Source: Arenicellales bacterium | GTDB taxonomy: Bacteria > Pseudomonadota > Gammaproteobacteria > Arenicellales > Poriferihabitantaceae | Direction: 5' to 3' | Assembly (NCBI GenBank): GCA_963422685.1 | Contig: OY730442.1 | Span: forward strand, 1,991,847-2,055,846 | DNA: 64,000 nucleotides | Part shown: piece by piece, positions 43,043 through 54,279 of the stretch | How the letters are laid out: each line of letters begins with the position of its first letter | Position numbering within the stretch: position 1 is the stretch's first letter | The notes under the pieces: generated by a model | What the model was told of the DNA's origin: nothing | Database searches by the model: none | What the model saw: the letters and a program-made list of their open reading frames with translations, nothing else | Position numbers and translations under genes: made by a program

Positions 43043-43129
43043 TGGTACCGAGGGTCGGACTCGAACCGACACTGAGTTGCCCCAACCAGATTTTGAATCT
43101 GGCGCGTCTACCAATTTCGCCACCCCGGC
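43043..43129 (-). tRNA. tRNA-Leu (anticodon CAA)
   Basis: The reverse complement folds as a class II tRNA: GCCGGGG acceptor, GCG/CGC D stem, CCAGA-TTCAAAA-TCTGG anticodon arm, long variable arm, GTCGG-TTCGAGT-CCGAC T arm, and an encoded CCA end. It is 87 nt long. Confidence 0.9.
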
Positions 43130-43276
43130 ACGCAGCCTGAAGATAAGATGTTTTTACCCGGGATGCAACCGGCCTGTTAATAATGCAACCGTCAGGGTGA
43201 TTTTTTTATAAAATCCGCATACTGGAGTTTTCGCCATGATTTTTTCCGCTTTATTTCCCTGGTTTTATTTGCTCTT

Positions 43277-45375
<2,099 letters not shown>

Positions 45376-45572
45376 CTCGATCGTCTATGAGTCAACTCCA
45401 GCCTTGAAACTGGTCGTGTCAACCGGATTGGTACGACCAGCGCACATCAATGCACCATTAATATTGAGGGAATCAATAAACTTGATGTGCAATTGGCCCC
45501 CCTCGTTCTATACAATCTGCGGGTCGAAATACCTGTGCAATTTACCGCCAAATTTTTTATCTGGAGCTCAAA

Positions 45573-46844
45573 ATGTTTAAAAAAAATGCAACTATCGCTG
45601 ACCTGGACCCGGAATTGTGGGATGCCATGGTCAAAGAGGAAGCCCGCCAGGAGGAGCATATTGAATTAATCGCTTCAGAGAATTTTACCAGCCCGCGTGT
45701 ATTGGCTGCACAGGGTTCCGTGCTGACCAACAAGTATGCAGAAGGCTACCCGGGTAAACGCTATTACGGCGGCTGCGAATTCGTTGATGTAGCCGAATCT
45801 CTCGCCATTGCGCGCGCCAAAACGCTGTTCGATGCAGCTTATGTCAATGTCCAGCCTCATTCAGGTTCTTCCGCAAACGCGGCAGTCTATATGGCATTAC
45901 TCAAACCCGGTGACACCATACTCGGCATGAGTCTGGCCCATGGTGGGCACCTGACCCATGGTGCTCCGGTCAGTTTTTCCGGGAAAATTTATAACGCCGT
46001 TCAATATGGACTGGATCAGGCCACCGGGGAAGTTGACTACCGCCAGGTTGAGGCATTGGCTGTAGCGCATCAGCCTGAGATGATTGTCGCCGGTTTTTCT
46101 GCCTATTCCAGAATAATGGATTGGCAGCGTTTCCGCCGTATTGCTGACAGAGTGGGCGCTTATCTGTTTGTGGATATGGCCCACGTCGCCGGGCTGGTGG
46201 CGACGGGTCACTATCCTAATCCGGTACCCATTGCAGACGTAACCACCACCACCACCCACAAAACACTGCGCGGTCCTCGCGGCGGAATGATTCTTGCCCG
46301 GCAAAACCGGGAAGTGACCAGGAAGCTGAGTGCCATGGTATTCCCGGGAACCCAGGGTGGCCCATTGATGCATGTCATCGCCGGCAAAGCGGTGGCTTTC
46401 AAAGAAGCGATGGAGCCGTCTTTCAAACAATACCAGCAGCAAGTAGTGGACAATGCGAAAGCCATGGTTGAAGTTTTCCAGGCCAGGAGTTATCGCATTG
46501 TATCGGCCGGCACGGATAATCATTTGTTCCTGCTGGATTTAATTGACAAAAATATTACCGGTAAAGACGCCGACGCTGCCCTGGGGCGTGCCAATATTAC
46601 AGTAAACAAAAACACAGTACCCAACGACCCGCGTTCACCGTTCGTTACCAGCGGTTTGCGGCTGGGAACCCCGGCGATCACTACCCGGGGATTTGGCGTC
46701 GCCGAAGCCAGAGAACTGACTGGCTGGATCTGTGATGTACTGGAAAACCTGGACGATGATGCAGTTATTCAGGCCATAAAGGCGAAAGTTATTGAATTGT
46801 GCAAAAGATTTCCGGTATACAAGGATGTTGAGACAATAGTGTAA
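45573..46844 (+). CDS. glyA: Serine hydroxymethyltransferase
   Basis: [38 protein letters not shown] and the PLP site [14 protein letters not shown], 423 aa. Confidence 0.96.
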   Translation: MFKKNATIADLDPELWDAMVKEEARQEEHIELIASENFTSPRVLAAQGSVLTNKYAEGYPGKRYYGGCEFVDVAESLAIARAKTLFDAAYVNVQPHSGSSANAAVYMALLKPGDTILGMSLAHGGHLTHGAPVSFSGKIYNAVQYGLDQATGEVDYRQVEALAVAHQPEMIVAGFSAYSRIMDWQRFRRIADRVGAYLFVDMAHVAGLVATGHYPNPVPIADVTTTTTHKTLRGPRGGMILARQNREVTRKLSAMVFPGTQGGPLMHVIAGKAVAFKEAMEPSFKQYQQQVVDNAKAMVEVFQARSYRIVSAGTDNHLFLLDLIDKNITGKDADAALGRANITVNKNTVPNDPRSPFVTSGLRLGTPAITTRGFGVAEARELTGWICDVLENLDDDAVIQAIKAKVIELCKRFPVYKDVETIV

Positions 46845-46878
46845 GCACTATTACCGCTTAATCGTCAACCTTGTGTCT

Positions 46879-46910
46879 CCTGGACTTGATCGAAGTCCAG
46901 GCCCGTTTTA
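46879..46910 (+). terminator. Possible intrinsic terminator after glyA
   Basis: A 9-bp perfect stem CCTGGACTT/AAGTCCAGG with a 5-nt loop is followed by cccgTTTTa. The T-tract is short and displaced, so this call is weak. Confidence 0.35.
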
Positions 46911-46948
46911 TGCCAGCGCCTGAGCAATAAACCGTTATACTGATTGCC

Positions 46949-47527
46949 ATGCAACTGGATTTTGACACCTGTTATGACGCCATCAAGAATCGGCGACCCC
47001 GATACGACGGCGTATTTTTCACTGGCGTGAGCAGCACCGGCATTTTCTGCCGCCCGATTTGTCCGGCAATGACGCCAAGGCCCTGGAATTGTCATTTTTA
47101 TCCGTCATCCGCTGCGGCCATGGCTGCAGGATACCGACCCTGTTTACGGTGCCGCCCCGAATCTGCACCGAACAGCCCGGCCTGGAATGGGGTAAAGACA
47201 ACGGTAAAAAGAGCACTGGCCCTGATTGACCAGGGCGCGCTGGATAACCATACGGTGAGTCATCTATGCCAGCGATTAGGCGTCAGCGATCGTTATCTGA
47301 GGCGTTTGTTTTCCAGATATGTTGGCGCCAGCCCTAAAGCGGTCGCGCGCTCCCGGCGCGTATTACTGGCCAAACGATTAATATCCGACAGCGCGGATTC
47401 CATGACCACCGTGGCGCATAAAGCCGGTTTTGGCAGCATCCGGCAATTTAATCAAACTTTCCAAAAATTGTATGGTGTGCCGCCCAGCAAGCTACGAAAA
47501 TCCAGCCATTCAATATCCACAGTATAA
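46949..47527 (+). CDS. adaA: Ada N-terminal-type methylphosphotriester-DNA methyltransferase fused to an AraC-type HTH regulator
   Basis: It has the Ada Zn-binding region YDGVFFTGVSSTGIFCRPICPA...GYRPCLRCRPE and a C-terminal AraC-type HTH (VAHKAGFGSIRQFNQTFQKLYGVPPS). 192 aa. Confidence 0.8.
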   Translation: MQLDFDTCYDAIKNRRPRYDGVFFTGVSSTGIFCRPICPAMTPRPWNCHFYPSSAAAMAAGYRPCLRCRPESAPNSPAWNGVKTTVKRALALIDQGALDNHTVSHLCQRLGVSDRYLRRLFSRYVGASPKAVARSRRVLLAKRLISDSADSMTTVAHKAGFGSIRQFNQTFQKLYGVPPSKLRKSSHSISTV

Positions 47528-47531
47528 ATCC

Positions 47532-48035
47532 ATGAAACCACTCCACCGTGATATCTATTCCAGTCCCATCGGCGATATAGTGCTGCTCGCTGATGGCCAC
47601 CAACTGTGTTTTCTGGATTTTTATGACAACCACGGGCGCATGGAAAAATTGTTGAAAACAAGATACGGAAAATACCAGATTACTCCGAAAGCAAATCTGC
47701 TGGGCCTGCAAACCCGTATGGATAAATATTTTGGCGGTGACTGGAATGCGTTTGATGGCCTGGACATGAAATCTGATGGCACAGATTTTCAGCAAAGGGT
47801 CTGGGAGGCTTTAAAAACCATCGCCGTGGGCAAAACGATTTGTTACCACCAACTGGCCCGCGCCATTAACAACCCAAAAGCGGTGCGTGCCGTGGCCAGT
47901 GCAAATGCCAGAAACCCGATTGCAATCATCGTGCCCTGTCACCGGGTGATTGGCAAGGATGGCTCCATGAGAGGATACGCTGGCGGGATAGACAGGAAGG
48001 AGTGGTTGCTGAATCACGAAGGCTGCGGGGCCTGA
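47532..48035 (+). CDS. ogt: Methylated-DNA--protein-cysteine methyltransferase
   Basis: It has the active site IIVPCHRVIGKDGSMRGYAGG and FQQRVWEALKTIAVGKTICYHQLA. I moved the start to the ATG at 47532 (MKPLHRD...), 5 nt after the adaA stop. Confidence 0.88.
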   Translation: MKPLHRDIYSSPIGDIVLLADGHQLCFLDFYDNHGRMEKLLKTRYGKYQITPKANLLGLQTRMDKYFGGDWNAFDGLDMKSDGTDFQQRVWEALKTIAVGKTICYHQLARAINNPKAVRAVASANARNPIAIIVPCHRVIGKDGSMRGYAGGIDRKEWLLNHEGCGA

Positions 48036-48314
48036 AAAAGGACCAGGGATTGAGGATATTCGCCGCCTTAATAGCGCGGCGTATCGCTGCAACAGATAAA
48101 CGCCGGTGTTTTTGCTCCTCTCAATCCGGCGCAGATGCCCGCCGGGCATGGCAGGGAAACCCGGAAAAAGCCCGGGCAAGGCCAAACCCTGAATTTACCG
48201 GGAGATGCGGGAAATCCGCAAAAGCGGCGAGCTAACAGGGCAGTTTTCCCTTGACCCATTTGTTATGAGCAATCAAAACAGATGGACTCGCCCGCCGCCA
48301 TTACCCGAAAAAAA

Positions 48315-48401
48315 TGGTACCGAGGAAAGGATTTGAACCTTCACGGGCTAATGCCCACCAGCACCTGAAGCTGGCGCGTCTACCGATTCCGCCACCCCGG
48401 C
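48315..48401 (-). tRNA. tRNA-Leu (anticodon CAG)
   Basis: The reverse complement is GCCGGGGTGGCGGAATCGGTAGACGCGCCAGCTTCAGGTGCTGG...GAAGGTTCAAATCCTTTCCTCGGTACCA. It is a class II tRNA with a long variable arm, 87 nt long. Confidence 0.9.
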
Positions 48402-48569
48402 ATGAGAGTGGATGCGCACTGTACCTATTGCGCCATTCCATGTCAATTTGCGGTCCAGGCTAAAAATCACCCGATTTTGTTTCGCCCAATGGATGATTAT
48501 TCTCATGTACCAGCCTGGGTTAGCCAGGCCGCAACCGGATACAAAAACCCTGGCGTTGGCTGGCACAGG

Positions 48570-49028
48570 TCAGCCGTCGCAGGCCGATTTATACGCCTGA
48601 TCAAAAATAATCACCCAGCCACTGCCGTAGGCGCCGCGCAGCATTTCAGCCATTTCGCCAAATGCTTCCCAGTTACTCTGGGTGAGCTCGACCTGGGTGC
48701 GTTCATTCCCAAGTTTGGTAAAGCGCACTTCAACAAGGCTGGCGGACTCGCCCGCCGGCAGGCCCATGTGAAAGTCCATGCTAAACAAATCATAGGGGTG
48801 GAGTGACTTTATCGTGCCCCACAGATGTTCCGTGTCATCGTGGCCTGTCTCCACTATCTGGCTGCCCGGCTTCGGCTCCATGCGCAGCGCCCCGGCGGGC
48901 TTGCCCCCTTTGATGGACATTGAGCGTTTGTCCAGCGGCCACCAATTGCTCATCTCGTTCACAAATATCCTGAATGCCTTCTCCTGGCTGCAGGACACTT
49001 CAATCGTCTTAATAATCGGATCAAGCAT
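48570..49028 (-). CDS. SRPBCC / AHSA1-like (activator of Hsp90 ATPase homolog 1-like) domain protein
   Basis: The 152-aa protein has IEVSCSQEKAFRIFVNEMSNWWP...LTQSNWEAFGE, typical of the small SRPBCC proteins commonly paired with ArsR-family regulators. Confidence 0.65.
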   Translation of the reverse strand: MLDPIIKTIEVSCSQEKAFRIFVNEMSNWWPLDKRSMSIKGGKPAGALRMEPKPGSQIVETGHDDTEHLWGTIKSLHPYDLFSMDFHMGLPAGESASLVEVRFTKLGNERTQVELTQSNWEAFGEMAEMLRGAYGSGWVIIFDQAYKSACDG

Positions 49029-49060
49029 TGTTTACTCCTGTTTGTTTTTCATGCGGCGCC

Positions 49061-49334
49061 CTAAGCAGACGCGGCATCTGACTGGAAATTCTCCAGATAG
49101 CGCCGCAGATCATCCAACCCGTCGTGTTTGATAAAATACAGGCGGCGACTGCCCTGTGGCTCCACACCGACCAACCCCGCGGACTGCAGCACTTTCAGGT
49201 GTTGCGACACCGCAGGGCGGCTCACTGGCTGGTCGGCCGCCAACTCACCTGCGGTTGGGTCGCTGGCGCAACGCCTCGAATAGGTGTCGGCGGGTCGGGT
49301 TTGCCAATGCAGCAAATACTTTTGCGTAAGACAT
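49061..49334 (-). pseudogene. ArsR/SmtB-family transcriptional regulator, apparently disrupted by a frameshift (or affected by a sequencing indel)
   Basis: From the ATG at 49334, one frame reads MSYAKVFAALANPTRRHLFEALRQRPNRR*, the canonical ArsR N-terminus, stopping at 49247-49245. The rest of the wHTH (PTAGELAADQPVSRPAVSQHLKVLQSAGLVGVEPQGSRRLYF...) is in another frame, the one listed as ORF 49061..49387. The switch point is near the run cgacccaacc. Confidence 0.6.
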
Positions 49335-49502
49335 AACTTACCATAAGTCATGAAATATAATGTGCCAAGCTTGGTAATCTGCGACACTGGCTGAAATTGA
49401 GAATCAGGAATCCAGGAGTCACAGGCATGACTATGTTATTCAATCACAAAATTATGTATCCTCGCGAGTCCCGGAATCAGCCATTAATCCATAGTTATAG
49501 AT

Positions 49503-50601
49503 ATGTTTACGCCCAATGAATTGACAGAATCCCTATCCGGTTCCGCACGGCGCATTGCCGCGCTAAGGGGGTATCTTTGACTATGAAAACCACCGGGACC
49601 GGCTCCAGGAAGTCGAATTAATTCTGGAAAATCCGGCAGTTTGGGATGCGCCGGAAGAGGCGCGACGGCTGGGGCAGGAACGTTCGCGTCTGCGGCAGGT
49701 CGTTGACGGGTTGGATCAACTGGACCAAGACGTTAGCGACACCCAGGAATTGCTGGACCTGGCCAAATCCGAAGATGATGCGGCGGCCATGGCAGCGGTA
49801 GCGCAGGATGCCAGGGTGATTGCGACGCAACTGGACAGGCTCGAATTTCGCCGCATGTTCGGCGGTGAAGCGGATGCTTTCAATGCTTTTGTGGATATTC
49901 AATCCGGCTCGGGCGGGACCGAAGCGCAGGATTGGGCAGAAATGTTGTCGCGAATGTATACCCGTTGGGCAGAAGCCCAGGGATTTAAAACCGATCTGGT
50001 GGAGCGCTCCCCCGGGGAGGTTGCGGGCATTAAAAGTGCGACGATAAAGGTGTGCGGCGAATATGCCTACGGTTATTTGCGCACCGAAACCGGGGTTCAT
50101 CGTCTGGTGCGTAAAAGCCCGTTTGATTCCGGCAATCGACGCCATACTTCCTTCGCGTCGGTTTATGCCTATCCGCAAGTTGATGACAGTTTTGCAATAG
50201 AGATCAATCCGGCTGATTTGCGCGTGGATACCTATCGGGCAAGCGGTGCCGGTGGACAGCACGTAAACCGCACGGATTCGGCGGTTCGCATCACCCATAA
50301 TCCAACCGGAATCGTGGTACAGTGCCAGAATGATCGTTCCCAGCATCGTAACCGCGCTGAGGCGATGTCCATGTTAAAAGCCAGATTATACGAAGCAGAA
50401 TTGCAAAAACGCCGCCAGGAGCAGCAATCAGAAGAAGACAGTAAATCTGATATAGGCTGGGGCCGCCAGATTCGCTCCTATGTTCTGGACCAGTCCCGCA
50501 TCAAGGATTTGCGCACTGGCGTGGAAACCGGCAACACCCAGGCGGTGCTGGATGGAGCGCTCAACCAGTTTATACAAGCCAGTTTAAAGGCGGGTCTGTA
50601 A
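49503..50601 (+). CDS. prfB: Peptide chain release factor 2, join(49503..49577,49579..50601) via programmed +1 frameshift
   Basis: Frame 0 reads [25 protein letters not shown] then TGA at 49578-49580. The +1 frame continues [23 protein letters not shown]... into the listed ORF, which carries the SPF tripeptide (RKSPFDS) and the GGQ motif (SGAGGQHVN). Confidence 0.93.
49566..49581 (+). promoter_or_regulatory. RF2 autoregulatory +1 frameshift site (internal SD-like AGGGGG, then TAT CTT TGA C)
   Basis: The exact string AGGGGGTATCTTTGAC is present, identical to the classic E. coli prfB recoding cassette. The in-frame UGA is at codon 26. Confidence 0.9.
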
Positions 50602-50619
50602 TCTGGACTATTATTAACC

Positions 50620-52137
50620 ATGGTCAATCAAGCGGATGGCGAACAGGCATATAGCATGAACCAGGAGAGCGAGCAAAATCAGCAGCGACGAGACAAATTA
50701 ACCGCGCTGCGCAGCCGAGGAAATCCCTTCCCCAATGATTTCAGAAGAGATGCGTTTGCCGGGGATCTCATCGGGAAATACGCGCAGGACACTGATGCCG
50801 TGGAAAAGCAAACCATCCGGGTAAAAGTGGCCGGGCGGCTGATGTCACGCCGGGTTATGGGCAAGGCCAGCTTTGCTGATATTCAGGATATGAGTGGAAA
50901 ATTGCAGTTGTTCGTGCAGACGGACAATCTGCCGGATCATGTCTATAACGAAGAATTCAGGCAATATGACATCGGTGACATTATTGCCGCAGAAGGGGTG
51001 CTGTTTCACACCAGAACTGGCGAATTGAGCGTTCGCGTCGATCAAATCTGCTTGTTGACCAAGGCCCTGCGCCCGCTGCCCGAAAAATTCCATGGCCTGA
51101 CCGATGCGGAAACCCGCTACCGGCAGCGCTATGTGGATTTGATTATGAATGCGCAGACCCGCTCAGTTTTTAAAATTCGCGCTAAAGCCATTCAGTATAT
51201 TCGGGACTTCATGACCGCGCGGCTTTTTCTCGAAGTGGAAACCCCGATGATGCACCCCATCCCGGGCGGGGCCGTGGCCCGCCCGTTCAGCACCTATCAC
51301 AATGCGCTGGATATGGAGTTGTTCCTGCGCATCGCGCCAGAGCTATACCTCAAGCGTCTGGTGGTCGGTGGGTTTGAACGGGTGTTTGAAATAAATCGGA
51401 ACTTCAGGAATGAGGGTGTCAGCGCCCGCCACAATCCGGAATTCACCATGCTTGAATTCTACTGGGCTTATGCGGATTACCGCGAACTCATTGACCTGAC
51501 CGAAGAGATGATTCGCGGTGTCTGCCAGGCTGTGCTGGGCGACACAAAAGTGGTGTACCAGGGAAGGACTATCGACTTTTCAAAACCGTTCGAGCGTTTC
51601 ACCCTGCTGGAATCAATCTCGCATTTTAATCCAGATATACCACAATCCCGGCTCACCGACCTGGATGGGATCACTGCATTGGCTGAAGAATTGAAAATCG
51701 AAGTGAAGCTGAACTTCGGCGTGGGCAAACTTCAGGCCGCGATATTCGAGAAACTGGTTGAAGAGAAACTGCGCAACCCAACTTTCATAACCGCTTATCC
51801 GGTAGAGGTGTCGCCGTTGTCCAGGAGAAACGATGATCAGCATGAAATCAGTGATCGATTTGAGTTTTTTATCGATGGCAAGGAGATTGCCAACGGCTTT
51901 TCTGAATTAAACGATGCGGAGGACCAGGCCGCTAGATTCAACCAGCAGGCTAAAGAAAAAGATGCGGGAGATGACGAGGCCATGCACTTTGATGCGGACT
52001 ATATTCGGGCGCTGGAATATGCCATGCCGCCCACCGCAGGAGAAGGTATTGGCATTGACCGACTGATAATGATACTGACCGACAGCCCATCGATTCGCGA
52101 TGTGGTGTTGTTTCCGCATATGCGTCACCAGGGTTGA
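50620..52137 (+). CDS. lysS: Lysine--tRNA ligase (class II)
   Basis: The 505-aa protein has [28 protein letters not shown] and the motif 3 region [11 protein letters not shown], in the classic prfB-lysS arrangement. An alternative start is the ATG at 50656. Confidence 0.93.
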   Translation: MVNQADGEQAYSMNQESEQNQQRRDKLTALRSRGNPFPNDFRRDAFAGDLIGKYAQDTDAVEKQTIRVKVAGRLMSRRVMGKASFADIQDMSGKLQLFVQTDNLPDHVYNEEFRQYDIGDIIAAEGVLFHTRTGELSVRVDQICLLTKALRPLPEKFHGLTDAETRYRQRYVDLIMNAQTRSVFKIRAKAIQYIRDFMTARLFLEVETPMMHPIPGGAVARPFSTYHNALDMELFLRIAPELYLKRLVVGGFERVFEINRNFRNEGVSARHNPEFTMLEFYWAYADYRELIDLTEEMIRGVCQAVLGDTKVVYQGRTIDFSKPFERFTLLESISHFNPDIPQSRLTDLDGITALAEELKIEVKLNFGVGKLQAAIFEKLVEEKLRNPTFITAYPVEVSPLSRRNDDQHEISDRFEFFIDGKEIANGFSELNDAEDQAARFNQQAKEKDAGDDEAMHFDADYIRALEYAMPPTAGEGIGIDRLIMILTDSPSIRDVVLFPHMRHQG

Positions 52138-53402
52138 CCACGGAATTTGCCATAGTGATCAAGCCTTTGGAGCTAATGATTGGTCTGCGTTATACCCGGG
52201 CCAGGCGGCGTAATCATTTCATTTCGTTCATCTCCATGACTGCCATGCTGGGCATTGTGCTTGGCGTGTGGGCATTGATAACGGTGATGTCCATTATGAA
52301 TGGGTTTCATCAGGACCTGCGTGATCGAATTTTGTTCGTGGTTTCCCACGTAACCATCAGCAATCACCGCAGCTATCTGGATGACTGGCAATCGGTTTTT
52401 AACCGGATTGCCATGCACCCTCAGGTCGAAGCCCAGGCCCCCTTTGTGTTGGGGCAGGGAATGATAATCCGGGGGGGTGAAGTCTCGGGTGCATTGATTC
52501 GCGGTATTGATGCACATAGCGAACGCAAGGTTTCACAAGTGCTGGATCATATTGTCGCAGGCAATTCGGATGCCTTGCAGTCCGGGTCTTTTGGAATTAT
52601 TTTGGGAAAACATCTGGCCAGGTCCCTGGGCGCGGGGCTTGGCGACAAAGTCACACTGGTGGCACCCAAGGGCAAGGTTACCCCGGCAGGACTACTGCCC
52701 AGGCTAAAACGATTCACGGTTGTCGGTTTGTTCGAAATCAATATGTACGAATATGACAGCGGCATTGCGTTGATTCACATTGATGACGCGGCAAAGTTGT
52801 TCAGTTTGCGGGACAAGGTCAGCGGTCTGCGTTTGAAACTGGACAATGTGGAAGATGCGAGAAAGGTGGGTCGGGAACTTTCCCGGGAATTGCAAGGGCA
52901 ATTCCGGGTGCGGGACTGGACCATGGAGCATGCAAACTTTTTTAGAGCACTGGAAATCGAAAAACGAGTTGTATTTATCGTTTTATTGCTGATTATTGCG
53001 GTAGCCGCTTTCAATATTGTCTCAACCCTGGTGATGGTCGTCACCGATAAACGATCAGATGTGGCCATCCTGATGACGCTGGGCATGAGTCCGGCCAGCA
53101 TCATGCAAGTGTTTATGATTCAGGGAGCGATTATCGGCGCCATCGGGGTTTTACTGGGCGGCGTGTGTGGCGTGATTACCGCGCTCAACGTGCACACCCT
53201 CATCCCCGCGCTGGAAAATTTTTTCAATACCGAGTTGTTTCCGCTGGACGTTTATCTGATCAGCGATTTCCCGGCGCAAATGCGCTGGAGCGATGTGGTG
53301 CGGGTTATATCTGCGGCGCTGTTGATGAGCTTTGTGGCGACCATTTATCCGGCCTGGCGAGCGTCCCGGGTGCAGCCTGCCGAGGCCTTGCGGTACGAAT
53401 GA
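52134..53402 (+). CDS. lolC: Lipoprotein-releasing system transmembrane subunit (LolC/LolE family)
   Basis: [30 protein letters not shown] plus a periplasmic domain and a C-terminal FtsX-type TM bundle. The start is either the TTG at 52134, overlapping the lysS stop, or the ATG at 52176. Confidence 0.85.
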   Translation: MTTEFAIVIKPLELMIGLRYTRARRRNHFISFISMTAMLGIVLGVWALITVMSIMNGFHQDLRDRILFVVSHVTISNHRSYLDDWQSVFNRIAMHPQVEAQAPFVLGQGMIIRGGEVSGALIRGIDAHSERKVSQVLDHIVAGNSDALQSGSFGIILGKHLARSLGAGLGDKVTLVAPKGKVTPAGLLPRLKRFTVVGLFEINMYEYDSGIALIHIDDAAKLFSLRDKVSGLRLKLDNVEDARKVGRELSRELQGQFRVRDWTMEHANFFRALEIEKRVVFIVLLLIIAVAAFNIVSTLVMVVTDKRSDVAILMTLGMSPASIMQVFMIQGAIIGAIGVLLGGVCGVITALNVHTLIPALENFFNTELFPLDVYLISDFPAQMRWSDVVRVISAALLMSFVATIYPAWRASRVQPAEALRYE

Positions 53403-54112
53403 ATTCCAGCCCCGCCGCCCCGCACAAGCCGGTTATCGATTGTCGGAATGTCTCGAAAACATTCCACCAGGGCCCGGTTGCAGTGACCGTGTTAAAGGAT
53501 ATCGAATTTCAGGTTGAACGCGCAGAGCAGGTTGCGATTGTCGGCGCTTCGGGGTCGGGGAAAAGCACGCTGCTGCATATTCTGGGTGGTCTGGCCGAGC
53601 CGGATAACGGCAAAGTGCTGATCGACGGGCAGGATATCAGTCATTTATCGCACAAAGTCCAGGGTGAATTGCGCAATACTGCGCTGGGTTTTGTTTATCA
53701 ATTTCATCATTTGCTCCAGGAATTTACCGCCCTTGAAAATGTGGCGATGCCATTACTGATTCGCAAAACCGGTTCGGACCAGGCATTTGATACAGCGCGA
53801 GATATTTTGCGCCGAGTCGGGCTGGGAAAACGGCTTGGACATAAACCAGGCGAACTATCCGGCGGCGAACGGCAAAGAGCGGCAATTGCACGCGCGATGG
53901 TGACCAGGCCCAAATGTATCATGGCGGATGAACCCACCGGCAACCTGGATTCACATACCGCCGACGCCATCCACGAGTTATTACTGGAGCTGAATCAGGA
54001 TATTGGAACCAGCCTGATCGTGGTCACCCATGATGCAAGTCTGGCCCGCAAAACCAGACGCATTGTCCGCATTGAGGACGGCCGGCTGCACGCCGAAGAC
54101 CAAAGCCTGTAA
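53399..54112 (+). CDS. lolD: Lipoprotein-releasing system ATP-binding protein LolD
   Basis: It has Walker [18 protein letters not shown], the signature [14 protein letters not shown], and Walker [14 protein letters not shown] moved the start to the ATG at 53399 (ATGA overlap with the lolC stop), giving 237 aa. Confidence 0.9.
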   Translation: MNSSPAAPHKPVIDCRNVSKTFHQGPVAVTVLKDIEFQVERAEQVAIVGASGSGKSTLLHILGGLAEPDNGKVLIDGQDISHLSHKVQGELRNTALGFVYQFHHLLQEFTALENVAMPLLIRKTGSDQAFDTARDILRRVGLGKRLGHKPGELSGGERQRAAIARAMVTRPKCIMADEPTGNLDSHTADAIHELLLELNQDIGTSLIVVTHDASLARKTRRIVRIEDGRLHAEDQSL

Positions 54113-54128
54113 ATGGTAAATACGGTCG

Positions 54129-54159
54129 GGTTGGCCGGGTTTTCCTTGCCCGGCCAACC
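54129..54159. other. Perfect 11-bp-stem hairpin between lolD and lon
   Basis: The sequence is GGTTGGCCGGG-ttttccttg-CCCGGCCAACC, with no adjacent T-tract on either strand. It could be a Rho-independent-like stop or RNA stabiliser, or a REP-like element. Confidence 0.4.
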
Positions 54160-54216
54160 GGCGCATTGCGCCAGGAATATGCTATCCCGAATGCCTGCCG
54201 GCAGCTCGAAACCACT

Positions 54217-54244
54217 CTTGGCAAACCTGTCCGGGCCCCCATAT
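54217..54244 (+). promoter_or_regulatory. Candidate sigma32 (heat-shock) promoter of lon
   Basis: aCTCTTGGCAA ... CCCCATAT with a 13-nt spacer compares with the consensus CTTGAAA-N13-15-CCCCATnT. It lies about 36 nt upstream of the lon ATG at 54280. Confidence 0.45.
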
Positions 54245-54279
54245 ATTGGTTCCCTGACGAATTATTGTACGCGCAATCA

